DNA of 64,000 nucleotides, from the NCBI RefSeq assembly GCF_009914755.1, contig NC_060935.1; one strand, given 5' to 3'. This DNA is from the human T2T-CHM13v2.0 reference genome, Homo sapiens. This document shows positions 15,560 through 29,356 of the stretch, one piece after another (within the stretch, counting starts at the first letter, position 1; every line of letters begins with the position of its first letter). The notes beneath the pieces are model-generated. The model did not search any database and was not told the DNA's origin. It was given only the letters and a program-made list of their open reading frames with translations. The translations under genes and the position numbers were made by a program.

Positions 15560-16300
15560 TATGTGAAATCCTCTATGTAAATTGAGAAACACAAGCTACA
15601 ATTCCATTCAGCAGCAGTGCATGTATCATAAATATTTTAAGCAAGAAAAAACTACTACAAAAATTTGCCAAAAATTCACTGAAATCATGTTTCAATCCTA
15701 CCAATTGTGAAGAGGCCTATCCTACGTAGTCTAAGTTATGTTATCCTTCTTTGCCAAAAATGAGTCATGCTGCAACTTTCTAATACAGAAATTACTCTTC
15801 CCTTTATAGATGACATGATCAATACTTATTAATCTCATAATAGTCAATACAGAAGTTTACTCTTATAACTTTCATTGAAATTTCTGATATATCATTTTGT
15901 CTTGTTTTAATGTTATGTCATCTTTGTCAAAACTATTTTATAATTTTACATTTGTAATCTCATATATAGTATTGCCAAATGTTTATCATTTTACAGATTT
16001 TCAATCTTGTACTCAATATTTTATTACCAGATGTTGATTTTTTTTTTTTAATTCTGAAGGTCACAGGCTTTTTATTGAATTGCTTGAAAAAGATAAGCAC
16101 CAGCATTCACTCCTTATCTCTGTAGTTCTCTTTGCCCTTCCTTCTCCTGAACCCTGGAAGGTGGTGTTCTTTCTCTATTCCAATTTGATTTAAAACTTAT
16201 TAATTTTGTTTTTGTTGAATCTTACGATTCCTGAAAAGGTAGCAACTTAACATGAATTTTTCTCTTAAAAATTATATGTTTGCTCTGAACTGTGGATTAA
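15560..16300 (-). mobile_element. Ancient hAT transposon relic (decayed transposase C-terminal region)
   Basis: Minus strand loosely resembles the hAT dimerisation segment (..KLI.. / ..LAIL..E.. / ..FDK..); heavily decayed. Confidence 0.35.
16041..16179 (-). pseudogene. Candidate orphan polyadenylated retro-insert (about 140 bp)
   Basis: T12 at 16038-16049; TTTATT at 16071-16076 (AATAAA on minus, 21 nt from the tail); degenerate TSD CCAGATGTTGATTT / CCAATTTGATTT. Confidence 0.45.
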
Positions 16301-18262
16301 AAAATGGCTCCACTAGTAGTATATTGTTCAGTAAAACTACAGATACTCAAAATCACAATTAGCCATTTTTTTAAACAAATAGGTACTTTTTCACCTCCTT
16401 AAACTCTGAATAATACCCACTAGTTTTAGAGGGAAAATGTATTTAAATATAGATAAACAAGTCTGAGTTCAGTTTAGGAAAGACTGCTGTTTTTCACAGG
16501 CGCAAATGTAGGTGTTAAATGGTGCTATAGGTTCATAAATCCCAAAACCATCAGAATGGAGTAGTCATCAACTTCAGATAAACGATCATACAAATGATGG
16601 AGTATTAGGTCAGATTATCTTTCACCTGCATTTTTGCAGTTGGTAATATCAGTCAGAAATGGATTGAGGATTTCATATCAAAGCCCTTTACTTGAGGGGG
16701 CACTGCTGGAGTAGGCTAGTTATAGCAAATGTTATGCAATAACTTAACCAGAATAGGCCCGGTGAGGACCATCTCTAATGGGCTGTGTGTAGATGGTCTG
16801 CCCACTCTGGTAATTGGGTTTTCATGGCTGCAATACCTCTTCCAAACAATACCTGAAAAAATGCCTATCCCAACACTCTAAAGGAATATTCAGGAAAGAA
16901 TGTTATGAGTATGACTAACTTCATTTTGTTCATTTGGCTATATAGTAAATAGTAAATTATAAAATGTACAACTCAATAAATAAAGTGATACTACATATTC
17001 TGGATTATGTGGTGAAGATTTTGTTTTTTTCATTTGGTATAATAAAACAATTTGGAGAAGCTAAGGGAAATTTCTAAATGTGTTATATTTTTCTTTTAAA
17101 ATCAGCTCTAAGTCATAATTTACATACAAAATATGCCCCCATTTTAAGAGTACAATGCAATAAGTTTTAAGAAATATATATACCGTAACCAACACCCAAA
17201 TAGTTTCTAATTGCCTCTTTTCCGTCAACCCCCTCCCACTCTCAGCCCTATGCAACCACTGCTTTACTTTTTTCACCATAGATTTGCTTAATATTTTGTA
17301 AGCACTTGCTTAGACTTTTTACAAATAGGATTGCCTAGTATGCATTTATTTGTATTTGGCTTCCTTTGCTCAGCATAATGCTTTTGAGATTCATCCATAT
17401 TGTAGTCTTTATCAGTATTTGATTCATTTTAATTGCTGACAGTTATTCAATTGTTTGAATATACCACATTTTGCTTGTCCATTTATGTGGTGTTGATGAA
17501 CATTTGGATTTTTTTTACTAGGTTTTAGCTAATATGAATAAATGTTATTATAAGTCTTTATGTGGACACATTTAAAAATTTATAAGCATTTATTTTGGAA
17601 TAATTTTAGATGTGCAGAAAAGTTGCAATGATGGTACAGATTGTTTCTGCACACTCTTAACCTACTTTCCCCTAATGTTAACATTTTCCATAGTCATGGT
17701 ACATTTGTTAAAACTAAGAAATTATCCTTGGGACAGCACTATTAAGACTTTATTCAGATTTTACAGATTTTTCAACTAATGTCGTTTTTCTGTTCCAGGA
17801 TCCAATGTAAGATACCACATTGCACTTAGTTGCCATGTCTTCTTTAATCTCCTTCAAGCTATGACAGTTTCTCCATCTTTTCTGTTTTTTATGACCTTGA
17901 CAGTTTTGGAGAGTACTGGTCAGATATTGTGTAGGACGTCTCTCAATTAGGGGACATTGTTTGATGTTTTCTCATGATTAGACTGGGGTTTTGGGTTTTT
18001 GTGAAGAATGCCAGAGAGGTGGAGCACCTTCTCCTAGCATCATATTAGGGGTACATAATATCAGTATGATTTATCACTGGTGAGGTTAATCTTGATCACT
18101 TGATGTTATGGTTTAGATATGAGCTGTTTGACCTCACTGAATCTCACGCTGAAATGTGATCCCCAGTGTTGGAGGTGGTGCCTAGTAGGAGGTATTTGGG
18201 TCATGGGGGTGGATTCCTTACGAATGGCTTGGCGCTGTCCTCCAGGTAATGAGTTCGTTCCA

Positions 18263-18316
18263 TTGGGTTGGTGCAAAAGGAATTGCTATTTTTGCCATTG
18301 AAAGTAATGGCAAAAA
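18263..18316. mobile_element. MADE1 mariner MITE, right TIR mostly missing
   Basis: TTGGGTTGGTGCAAAAGGAATTGCTATTTTTGCCATTGAAAGTAATGGCAAAAA matches the MADE1 left TIR plus the central palindrome. Confidence 0.85.
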
Positions 18317-18323
18317 TATCTAG

Positions 18324-18625
<302 letters not shown>

Positions 18626-18877
18626 AATATCTAGTATTTAATATGTAGTATCTAATATTTAGCAATATCTCTATTAGTTCCCATGAGAGTTCCCCAGAGA
18701 ACTAGTTGTGAAACAAGCCTGATGCCTCCTCCTCTCTCTTTGCTTCTTTTGCCATGCGATCTGCACATGCCAACTCCCCTCATTTCACCATGAGTGGTAC
18801 CTTCCTGAGGCCCTCACAAGAAGCAGATGCTGCTGCCATGCATCATTTATAGCCTACAGAACCATGAGCCAAATTAA

Positions 18878-19312
<435 letters not shown>

Positions 19313-19399
19313 TAGCAACACAAAAGACTAACACACTTAGCGTTCTGCCAGATTTCTCTACTGAACTGTTACTATGTTCTCCCTCGTGTGCTTCCGATA

Positions 19400-19803
19400 G
19401 GCTTCATTTGGCTAAAGGGCCTGGGAATTCCTTTCTGGGGAGTCTAGTGGAGAACCTGTTTTCTTGCCTTTTGCAGTTTCTAGAGGCCGTTTGCATTTCT
19501 TGGCTCATGGTCCCCATCCGTCTTCAATGGTGGTAGTCGCCAGCTGAGTCTTTATCACATTGCATCCCTCTGACACTGACTCTCCTGCCTCCCTTTTCCA
19601 TGTATACAGACCCTTGTGTCTGTATACACAGACACATCTACTCAGAAAATCCAAGATAATTTTCTCATCTTAAATTCAGCTGATTCTCTATCTTAATTCC
19701 ATTTCCAATGTTAATTCCCCTTTGCCATGTAATGTAACATACTCACCACTCTTGGGGAATAGGATATGCACATCTATGGGAGGCCATCATTTTGCCTCCC
19801 ACA
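19400..19803 (-). mobile_element. MaLR MLT1C/D LTR fragment
   Basis: TCTTGCCTTTTGCAGTTTCTAGAGG..TGCATTTCTTGGCTCATGG...GGGAGGCCATCATTTTGCCTCCCACA. Confidence 0.75.
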
Positions 19804-21149
19804 AGGTTATAGTCCAGTATTCCAGTACATTATAATCCAATACATTATTTTGTTGCTCAAATTATTCCAGCTTTGCCTCTTTCAGGTTGGCTCCTGTATC
19901 TTCAAGACGTATCCTCATCTTTTTTTTTTCTTTGATTGATTCCTTATTTCTGGCATGACAAGATGTTCCAGGTTTATCTTATATTTTTCCTGTCCCAGTC
20001 ATTTCTTGAAGGAGTCCGAGTTTCTTTTATTGGAGAATAATATTTAGAAACCACAATCTGGGTGCTGGGTGTGCTTATTACTACTGAAAGGTTACTACTT
20101 CTAAACCCTCTCATTGGACAGAGCTGAGAAATATATGTATGTATAGTAACCAACGTGTACACACATATCTATAATTATTTCTGCTTTTAGCTATTTGTGT
20201 ATATACATTAAGATAAAATTGCATTCATGTTGATTTCTCCAACTCAAATCCAGTAAAACAGGGTTTGTTCAAGCCTTATCCCCTTGCTTATTGTAACCTT
20301 TCTCTGACACTGAGAAATCTGGCTCTCATGATGTAATTTATTTCTTTATTTTTTAAATCTTAATATATATGTAAGGTGGTTTCAGAATCACTAACCCAGA
20401 CTTCTATGAGAAACCAATTTATCAACTTGCATAGTGTGGCTTCAGTGTCACGGACCCAGGCCTCCGTGAGAAAAAAATTTGTCAACTAGAATAGTGTTTA
20501 TTATAGTACTTTTTGTCTTTAGCTATATAATTTCCAGTCAAAATATCATTTCCAAGGTTACTTAGGTCAGATCTTCTTCCGTACCCAACCCTTAGTGAGG
20601 TCATATCATGCCATTGTAATTCAGTTAGAGTTTTTTTTCATTATCTGCATTCCATCCCCTGCCTTCTTGGCTGATTTTAAAGAATTTTCATATAGTAATA
20701 TTTAGTTTTTAAAATGTAAAATTCTATGGGTTGTGACAAATTTATTTATCAAGATATTTATCAGATATTTATCAAGCCAGGATCATATAGAAGAGTTCTA
20801 TCACCATAAAAATTCCCTCACAATAGTTTATCACTCTTTCCTTTTTCCAACCCTTGACAACCACTGATTGATTTTTCCGTTTTTTATAGTTTTTCCTTTT
20901 TAATCATGTCATATAAATGAAGTAATACAACAGGTTGCCTTTGAATCTAGCTTCTTTCACTTATGAAAATACACTTAAGATCCATCTGTTTTGTTGCATG
21001 AATCAATAGCTCATTCCTTTTTATATTCCTGAGTAATAGTTCATTATATCTCTTAACCTTAGTTTGTCCATCTATTCACTTATTAAAGGATTTCTACATT
21101 GTTTCCAGTTTAAGGTGATTATGGCTAAAGCTACTATAAACATCTGAAT

Positions 21150-21151
<2 letters not shown>

Positions 21152-21187
<36 letters not shown>
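21152..21187. repeat. (GT)18 microsatellite
   Basis: Perfect 36-bp GT run. Confidence 0.97.
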
Positions 21188-21189
<2 letters not shown>

Positions 21190-22899
21190 TTAGGTTTTCA
21201 ATTCATTTGGGTAAATATCTAGAAGCCTAATTGCTGGGTTGTATGTTAATTCTATGTTTAACTTTATAAAAACTGCCAAAGTGCCTGTACCATTTTGCAT
21301 ATAACAACAATGAATGAGCATTCGTGATGCCTCACATCCTTGTTAGCATTTGGTATTGTCAGTGTTTAAGGCATTCATTTAATAATTTTAATCGGTGTTT
21401 AGTGGTGGTATCTCGTTTTGGCTTTAATTTGCATTTTTCTAATGAGAACTGATGTTGAGCATCCTTTCCTGTGCTTCCTTTTCCATTGCCATATCATCTG
21501 TGGTGAAGTCTGTTTACGTCTTTTGCCCACTTTTTAGTTGTGTTGTCTGTTTTCTTACTGTCGAGTTGTAAGTTACAAATCTTTTGTCACATGTATGACT
21601 TGCAGATATTTCTCCCAGTTTGTGGCTTTTCATTTTCTTAATGGTGTCATTGGCAGAACAAATGTTCTATTAACCAGGTCTAATTGATGAATTTTGTCTT
21701 TGTTGATCATGCTTTTGGTGTCATATCTAAAAATTCATAGCCACACCGAACATCCCACAGATTTTCTGCTGTTTTCTTTTATAAGTTTTATAATTTAAGT
21801 TTTACATTTAGGTTTATGATCCATTTAAGTAATTATTATAAAATATGTGACAAGGTTTATTTAATTTTTTGCAGGTGGTTGTCCAGCCATTCCAACACTT
21901 TGTTGAAAGGACTATCATTTTTCCATTATATTGCCTTCAATCCTTTGTCAAAAATCAGTTGACTATATTTGTATGGTTCTATTTCTGTACTATCTTATTT
22001 TGTTCCCTTCATCTGTATATTTACTTTTTTTGCTAATATCACACTGTTTTGATTAAAGTATCTTTATCATAAGTCTTGAAATTGGATGGTGTAACTTCAA
22101 TTTTGTTTTTTTTTTCAGCATTATTTTTGCTACTAGATTTTCTTTGCTATGCCATGTAAATTTTAGAATCAGCTTGTTGATATCTACAACTTCTTCCTGG
22201 AAATTTTATTGGAATTGTATTGAATCTATAGAAAATTTAGAGTTTATCTCAGGTTCTGGCCTTAGTTACTGAAGTAAGAGATAAGGAGTAGGTTTGAAGG
22301 GTAGAGAGGAAATGGGATCATTTAGTCAGGTTAAACTAATGGTCTCTGTGGTATATCTAAGAAGAAAGATGAACAGCAGAAAGTTGAATATGTGATGATG
22401 TTTTATTCTGGTCTTTCCTTTTCAACTCACAATAATGGCCACTCAGTCAATGAAAGGTATCTATTCCGAAGGCATATTTTGCTTTTGGAAATGTAATTAT
22501 ATAAGGTAGAGTAATATAGGGGCTTATGGATGCAAGGCAGTCGATTGCTCAGTAATACTTTTCTCTCTCTACTGCTAGTTGAGGCTACCTTTCCCCTTTA
22601 TCTCGCACCTAGCTATCATGTTTCTCTGGGAATGATCCTCTCAGTCTTAACATGGCCTGATCAACCTTCTCTGAACCCAGATCATGGAAGACCCAGAAGT
22701 AAGACACCTCCTTACTTAAGCCCAGATCTCAGGCCATTCTTGGGCAGTTTCTCCCTCAGTCCTCACCCCCCTTATCCTGATTGAGATTAATCTCACCTTA
22801 CCTTTCACTTTTCTAGGAAGACTTTATCCAAAAAAATGTGTCGCCAAAGACTGAACGTATTTATGTTCTCCTTAATGGAGTTAGGATGACTTTGCAAAG

Positions 22900-23330
22900 A
22901 TGCACACGTAATCATGCCACCCTCCTGATTAAAAACCTTTTAATGGCCCCCATTTCCCACTAGATGAAGGCCAGATTTCTCAACATTATGTGCAAGACTA
23001 TTTGTGAGAGTCCTCTTGCTTTCCCCTCCAGGGTCATCTGTCATTAATAACACTGTGATCCAGTAAAATAAATTTTCCCTCACTTCTCAAGATTGTAGTA
23101 AGTGCTATTCCTAAGGGCTCCCATAGTCTCTGTGCTTGCGCCATTGGAGCACGTTTCTCAATTGTGATTTTCTGTTTATTTGTCTGTATCTCCTCTGCAC
23201 TGCATGTTCCCTATGGGTAGAGGCAGTGCCTTGTTCTCCGATACATCCTCCAGGAGGAGTCGCAGTGCCTGGAAGGTAAGTACTTTTTGAGTTAAAAACA
23301 AAAGAATGATCCAATTAATGCACGAATAAA
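22900..23330 (+). mobile_element. L2 3' portion
   Basis: ATCATGCCACCCTCCTGATTAAAAACCTT..ATGGCCCCCATT...GCAGTGCCTGG. Confidence 0.65.
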
Positions 23331-23411
23331 GGCATCACTGTATTTATTTTCAAAAGGTGCCTAATATTTATAGTGATTTTTTATTATTATCCATGTCTTT
23401 GGATTTTTCAG

Positions 23412-23457
23412 GATGTTGCCAGTTCAAAAGTGCAGAAGCCATACACACAGAGAAACT
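23412..23457 (+). other. Candidate 46-nt exon of an unidentified (probably non-coding) transcript
   Basis: Acceptor TTTGGATTTTTCAG| and donor |GTAAGT; an upstream AAG|GTAAGT donor lies at 23275/23276. Confidence 0.3.
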
Positions 23458-24069
23458 GTAAGTTAAAATGCATTTTGATAGAACGAGACAACATTTTCAG
23501 TGCTTTCATTATATTACCTGACACAAAAAGAGAGTAATAATAGATCACCTGGCCACTTACATAATGAACCTGAGTTCTTCTTGTCAGAATGACCTTGTAG
23601 GACTATATAGAGTGATATTGCAACCATAACAGCAATTGAAGAAAGATCCAAAGCCCAGAACTCATAATAAATAGATGAGTCATAAACTGGAAGCAGGCAT
23701 GTGTGGCACCCATATTTAAAAGGAGCACAGAAATGAATTAAATAAGTAAAAATGAGATCTGGTAAATTGCCTGTCAGATAGCTGAGATCACTATAGCAAG
23801 CAAAATCTTAGAATCATTATGACAATGCTGAGTATATACAGGTTGAGACACAACACAAGTAATGCTAATTCCTTATATTTAATTAGAAATATTCTTATGT
23901 GAACTGAAAATTTATAGTTGCTTTAGGTTTCAAGGCCCAAAGGTATATAAGTACAGTTTTCTCAAAAGGCACAGTAGTCTCTACCCTTAAATGCATAATC
24001 AGATAGACAAACTCATATATGACACCTTTGAAAATACTTGACTATATAATTGCAAAATTCCTATCTGTC

Positions 24070-24280
24070 GTAGTGGAATGGAAAGAGTGAAGCTTTGAGG
24101 TCACTAAAGGATAGTTGTAAAACCTGGTTTTACTGCATGCTAGCTGTGTGATATTTCATGAGGGAATTTCACAACTACTCTTGGTTTTCTTATCTGCAAA
24201 ATGGGAGAAAGTAGATCTACGTTAATGATCTTCTAAGACAATGCTTAGAAGCAAGTGCTAGACACATTTTCTGATCCAGA
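24070..24280 (+). mobile_element. MIR
   Basis: CTAGCTGTGTGA...GGTTTTCTTATCTGCAAAATGGG. Confidence 0.5.
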
Positions 24281-26204
24281 ACAAGATGCCACAAAAGAAT
24301 CACAGCTGTTGCAACCACTTCTAATTTTCTTTCTCTACTTGTTAGAAAGCAGAAATGTATTCTAACAGCAAAGTTTCCTCTGAACACATTTGCATGGATA
24401 ATAAGAAAATGACATCAAGTAGGGAAATTGAGTTAATTATTGAGTTAAAAACTGAGTTGAAATTAAGTTTAAGGCCTAATTCCTGTTACAGCTTCATCTA
24501 TTTTCCTTTCTTTCTATTGCCTAGTCTTTTATATATACTGAGTACATGAGCTAGCCCAGGTGTTCAAACTACCCAGGGCATTTTCATTATATAATGAGGA
24601 CTAAAATAAATCCTTAGATGTTCAGCCTTATTTGAAAAAAGTGCTGTAGGTTCCTGATTCCTGCTATTAATAATTTTTTAGTTTAATGGTTTGAGTTCTC
24701 TGAAATGTAAAATGTGAAACCAGTTGAAGCTATTGTTAGTTATTAACATTTTGGTTCAAATCAGTTCCCAATTCTTTTTTGAGGGCTAATTTTAAGAGAA
24801 AAATACCTGAGGGCTCTGGTTGAGAAGTAAGGGCCATCCTCTTGGACAGAAACTGGCAGTACTGATGGCCAACAGCCCACTGTGATTACTGAGGATCGAG
24901 GCTGGTTCTACTAATGGTAGAATCTAGCACTGTGATGGATCCATCCACTTGTGGCTATATTTTTATCCCATTTCAGTAAGACACAGGCAAAAGTTGGCAA
25001 ACACTTTTGGATTTGTAAACTATGTTAGTATGTCACAGAAAAAAGATAAAGCTGCCAATTTTCACAGTTTTCTATCAGGTTTTCTCATGTTACTATAGGT
25101 TTTTTTTTTTTTTTAGAATGATTGGCAACAGACAGATATATTTCCCTATTTTGCTCTTGTCTGATCCATTTTTCAGGTAGATGTACATGTAAGTAATTAC
25201 AATCTATATTTTATCATGTAACTTTGAGAGTATTGCATGTGTTAGGAGTTCAGATTTGAATCAAAGTCTCCAGCACCTGGGCTTTGCACTTGAGTGATGT
25301 GTTCCATTTTTTAATAGCACTTTATTGTCTACTTATGTTGTTTAGTTGTCAGAGGTGACATCCACATTTTCAAATCTCTAAATCTTCTTTTACCTGTGGT
25401 GAAATTAAGTGCAATCATGTGGCACATTATTAATGCCACTGGTTATCTTATTATATTAGATAAAAGGGATTGCATTTTCTATGTATTGTAAATCTCCTAA
25501 CATTCAATCATATATACATTTTAGTAAGGTACCAGTGATATGTCACATATACGATATATCACTCAGTCTTGCTGGTTATAGGTATTGAGAGCAAGATTGT
25601 CAATCCTGGAGAAAATGGAGTGTGTTATACAGGAATTACCAATGCTATTGTTTTCTAATTGGCTCAATATCTGAGAAAGGATAAATATAAAGATGCCATG
25701 AACAATTTTTAAAAACGCATGCTAACACCTCAAATCAAGCTATACAAGTAATTAACCAGGGAATAATTGGTATGTTTGTAGTCCTTGATTTGCTGTTTTA
25801 TTTTCAGTCGGTCAGTTTTCACATAAAACTTAGATATTAATATGTTTAATTCTGCAGAAAAATTAGTGATTAATATTTCCTATATTATATCACAGAAGAA
25901 TGAGAAATTTGTCATTTTCAAGCCTGTACATAGTTTTCTATTCTTCTCCTTTTTCCCTCTCCCTGCAACACACACCCACATCACACCCATTGCTTCCCAA
26001 CACATACCCCACAACCCCCACTCACCTCAAGAATGGAGTCTCAGATGCCTCTTCAGGATGTTTGGAGATTTGGGTGAACACAGATGTCTCCAGAATTGCA
26101 TAGGACACACTGTTTTGGTTGACTTTTCAAATCAGTAGGGAGAGGGGGGCAATCTCACTTTTCTGACCTATAGATTCTTGATCCTTTTTGGGAAGAATAA
26201 ATGA

Positions 26205-26569
<365 letters not shown>

Positions 26570-27099
26570 AGGTCACCTTATATTCTAGGCATTGTGTTTT
26601 GCGGAAAAGAAATGAAGATTCAGAAATTTATTTATCCAAAGTTATCACTTATCCATTTTCAACCAACATTTATTCAGCACCTATATTTATCCAGGCAGAT
26701 AATGACAGATCTGAGATTCAAACACAGCTAAACTCATTCCATAACATTTTCTATTAGCTGACCAAATGTAAAATGTACCTCTTTTGAAGTGCTTTTCTAA
26801 AATTATGTATTCATTTATTATGGAATATAGCATATGCTGTCTTATCATTGTTGAAACATTTGTATTTTGTCCTCTTGTAGGTAATACATTTTTTGAGGGA
26901 AAGTCCTTCTCTTACTCTTACTTATCTATATCTCTCTCCCTACTTGGAGGCTTCTAGAATGTCTTTTTTCTTTTTAAATAGAAAGAAACATAATTAACAA
27001 CATGCCATGTGGTTCCAACATCTAAATACCTGTTTATATATTTCTTCTCTTAGTAACAGGATCATCACTGTTAGAGAAAACCAAAGAGGGTTTTCTCTA

Positions 27100-28010
27100 T
27101 CTCCAAATCTCTTTTGAATTCATCCCTTTCCTAGCCAGTCCCTTCCTTCATCGTTTGTCATCTGGACTAGTACAATGGTCCAGAGGTGTCTCAATGCATG
27201 AAGCCTCTCTCTCCTGTTTAATCTTTCCTGGCAGAACCATTGTCATCAGCCTTTTCACAGACTGTCCCACCACCACAATTGTGGCTTCATCACTACTCCC
27301 ACCCACCTGCCATGTATCTCAGTCACACCAAGTTGTTCCCTTTCCTTGAATGTGCCATGTTCTTTCTTGGCTCTGTATGTTGTCTCTCATTCTTTTGTTT
27401 TCCAGGTAAACTCTTTTCTGTTTATTTATTTATATATCCTGGAGAACCTTCTCTTTCTTCAAGTCTCAAGTCAAATGCCATTGCTTCATAGACACTCCCA
27501 TAGATGCTCACCCTGATCCACATTCTCAGACAGTGTCTTCAATGCTTTCTTCTCTTTTCATATTTCTATGATGTCTTAACAAAGTACCACAGACTACATG
27601 GCTTAATCAACAGAAACTTATTTTCTCACAGTTCTGGAGGCTGAAAGTGCAAGATCAAGTTTCCAGTGGGGTTCAGTTTCTGGTGAGGGCTCCCCCTGAC
27701 TTGCAGGTGGCTGCTTTGTCCTCACATGCACATGTCTTTTCAGTTTAGGGCCCCATCCTTGTAACCTCATTAACCTTAATTAGCTCCTAAAGACCTCATC
27801 TCCAAACCCAGTCATATGAATGGGTGGGGGGACGGAGGGAGTTACACAATTGCACAGCAATTTGAATATATTTTATTTAAGCATTATTCATGTTGAATAC
27901 TTTTGCTTGTCTCTTGGTGTCATTAAAAAATGAACATTTAAAGCAGAAGGGCAGTGTTTGATTATGTTTGCCCTCTTTATTACAGAGCTGTCACACAGAG
28001 GGTGAACAAG
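27100..28010 (+). mobile_element. L2 fragments flanking an MLT1
   Basis: TCTTCAAGTCTCAAGTCAAATGCCA, AAAGCAGAAGGGCAGTGT; decayed. Confidence 0.45.
27570..27855 (-). mobile_element. MaLR MLT1A-type LTR
   Basis: AACAAAGTACCACAGACT...TTTTCTCACAGTTCTGGAGGCTG..AAG..CAAGATCAAG...TCTGGTGAGGGC. Confidence 0.75.
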
Positions 28011-28867
28011 GATTGTCAGGATGTGACTATGGAAGCCAGGAACTTGAATGACATGTGATTTATATGATGTATTTATTTCTCCCCCACTACCATTCCTTGA
28101 GTATACTGTTTTTTCCACCTTCAATCTGAAGAATTATAGAAATAAAAAAAGTCAAGATAATCATTAATGAAAAGGGTCATTAGAATGATACCAAATTTCA
28201 ACTTCCAATGGCACGTGGACACTGTAGAGATCAATGTGATCTGAAATTTTACTAACAGTTTTTAATTACTGTCTCTCTTTAAAATGATCTGATTGTATTT
28301 TCCTGAAAACAATAATCATCTAGAAGCATTGCAATATCCATATTGTTACCCCCACCTTTTATCCATATTGATTAAACTATCTATCCTGAGATTAAATTTA
28401 CAAAATAGATTTAACAAGTTTTGGTGATGTAATATAGCCTCCCAATTATGCAACTGTTACTCCTAATATTACCTAAGAAAGATGTTTGAATGGAACCACT
28501 GAATTAAAGTCTTGGAAGAATTTTATTTAGTCTAGGGCTGATTGCATTTTAATTTTTGTAAACATTTGCTAGTTGTCAATACTCACTTTTACTTCTTGAA
28601 AGACTTAATATACATTCTGGGACCCTAAAGCTAGACAAAGGAATAAAATATTACGGAAAACTCTGTCCTCGTTTAAAAGTATTATTGTTCATATTTGATT
28701 ATGGTGTTTGACCACATAACCCTGTAACATACAAGGGCCCCTGGCCATCAGCATTTGGTTAGATCCTTGCCAATACTCCATAGAATAACCCATTTCACCG
28801 AAGATCATTGAGTGACTAGGTGCCATGTAAGGAGCAAGACTGGGAACACAAAGACAAAGAGAGCATT

Positions 28868-28912
28868 TTCAGATTATGAGACTGACGTGCTGCCCACTGC
28901 GCTGAGAGGGGC
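28868..28912 (-). pseudogene. Tailless retropseudogene: 5' half of elongator tRNA-Met(CAT)
   Basis: Minus strand GCCCCTCTCAGCGCAGTGGGCAGCACGTCAGTCTCATAATCTGAA versus tRNA-Met GCCCTCTTAGCGCAGTGGGCAGCGCGTCAGTCTCATAATCTGAAGG; TSD AAAGA(G/A)AGCATTTTC at 28856-28870 and 28916-28930. Confidence 0.92.
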
Positions 28913-29314
28913 TCTAAAGAAAGCATTTTCTTAAGGAGCCTGGTACCTACAGTGGGAGACAGATATGTAAACAAATCACAAGAGAGTAAGGCATCTCTTT
29001 GCCAGTCTGAAAGCAGGTCAGTAGCTCAAGAGAGGACAGAAGTAAACTCTAGCTAGAGAGGAGAAAAAATGCACCTTATTTGGTGAAGGACAAAGCAGTG
29101 TGATTCAGGACTAGAAAAAGAAAGTATAAAATGAGAATATGGTGAGAACAGATCCTCAAAAGAATGACATAATCCCAGTACATTGCTGGATAAATTTGGG
29201 AAGGGAAATCGTAGAGGAGTTTGCAAAGATAAGGAGGCATAGAGAAGCACAATTATATAAAATGAAGTCAGATATGGGAACCACTGAAATGAGGGCTAGG
29301 TTTTAGGAGAGAAA

Positions 29315-29356
29315 TATATGTATATAGCTATATGTATATATGTATATATGTATGTT
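29315..29356. repeat. (TATATG)n simple repeat
   Basis: Degenerate TATATG array. Confidence 0.75.

Noticed and set aside
28868-28912. Functional tRNA-Met gene
   Set aside because: Lacks the T-arm/B-box, 3' acceptor stem and terminator; reported as a pseudogene.
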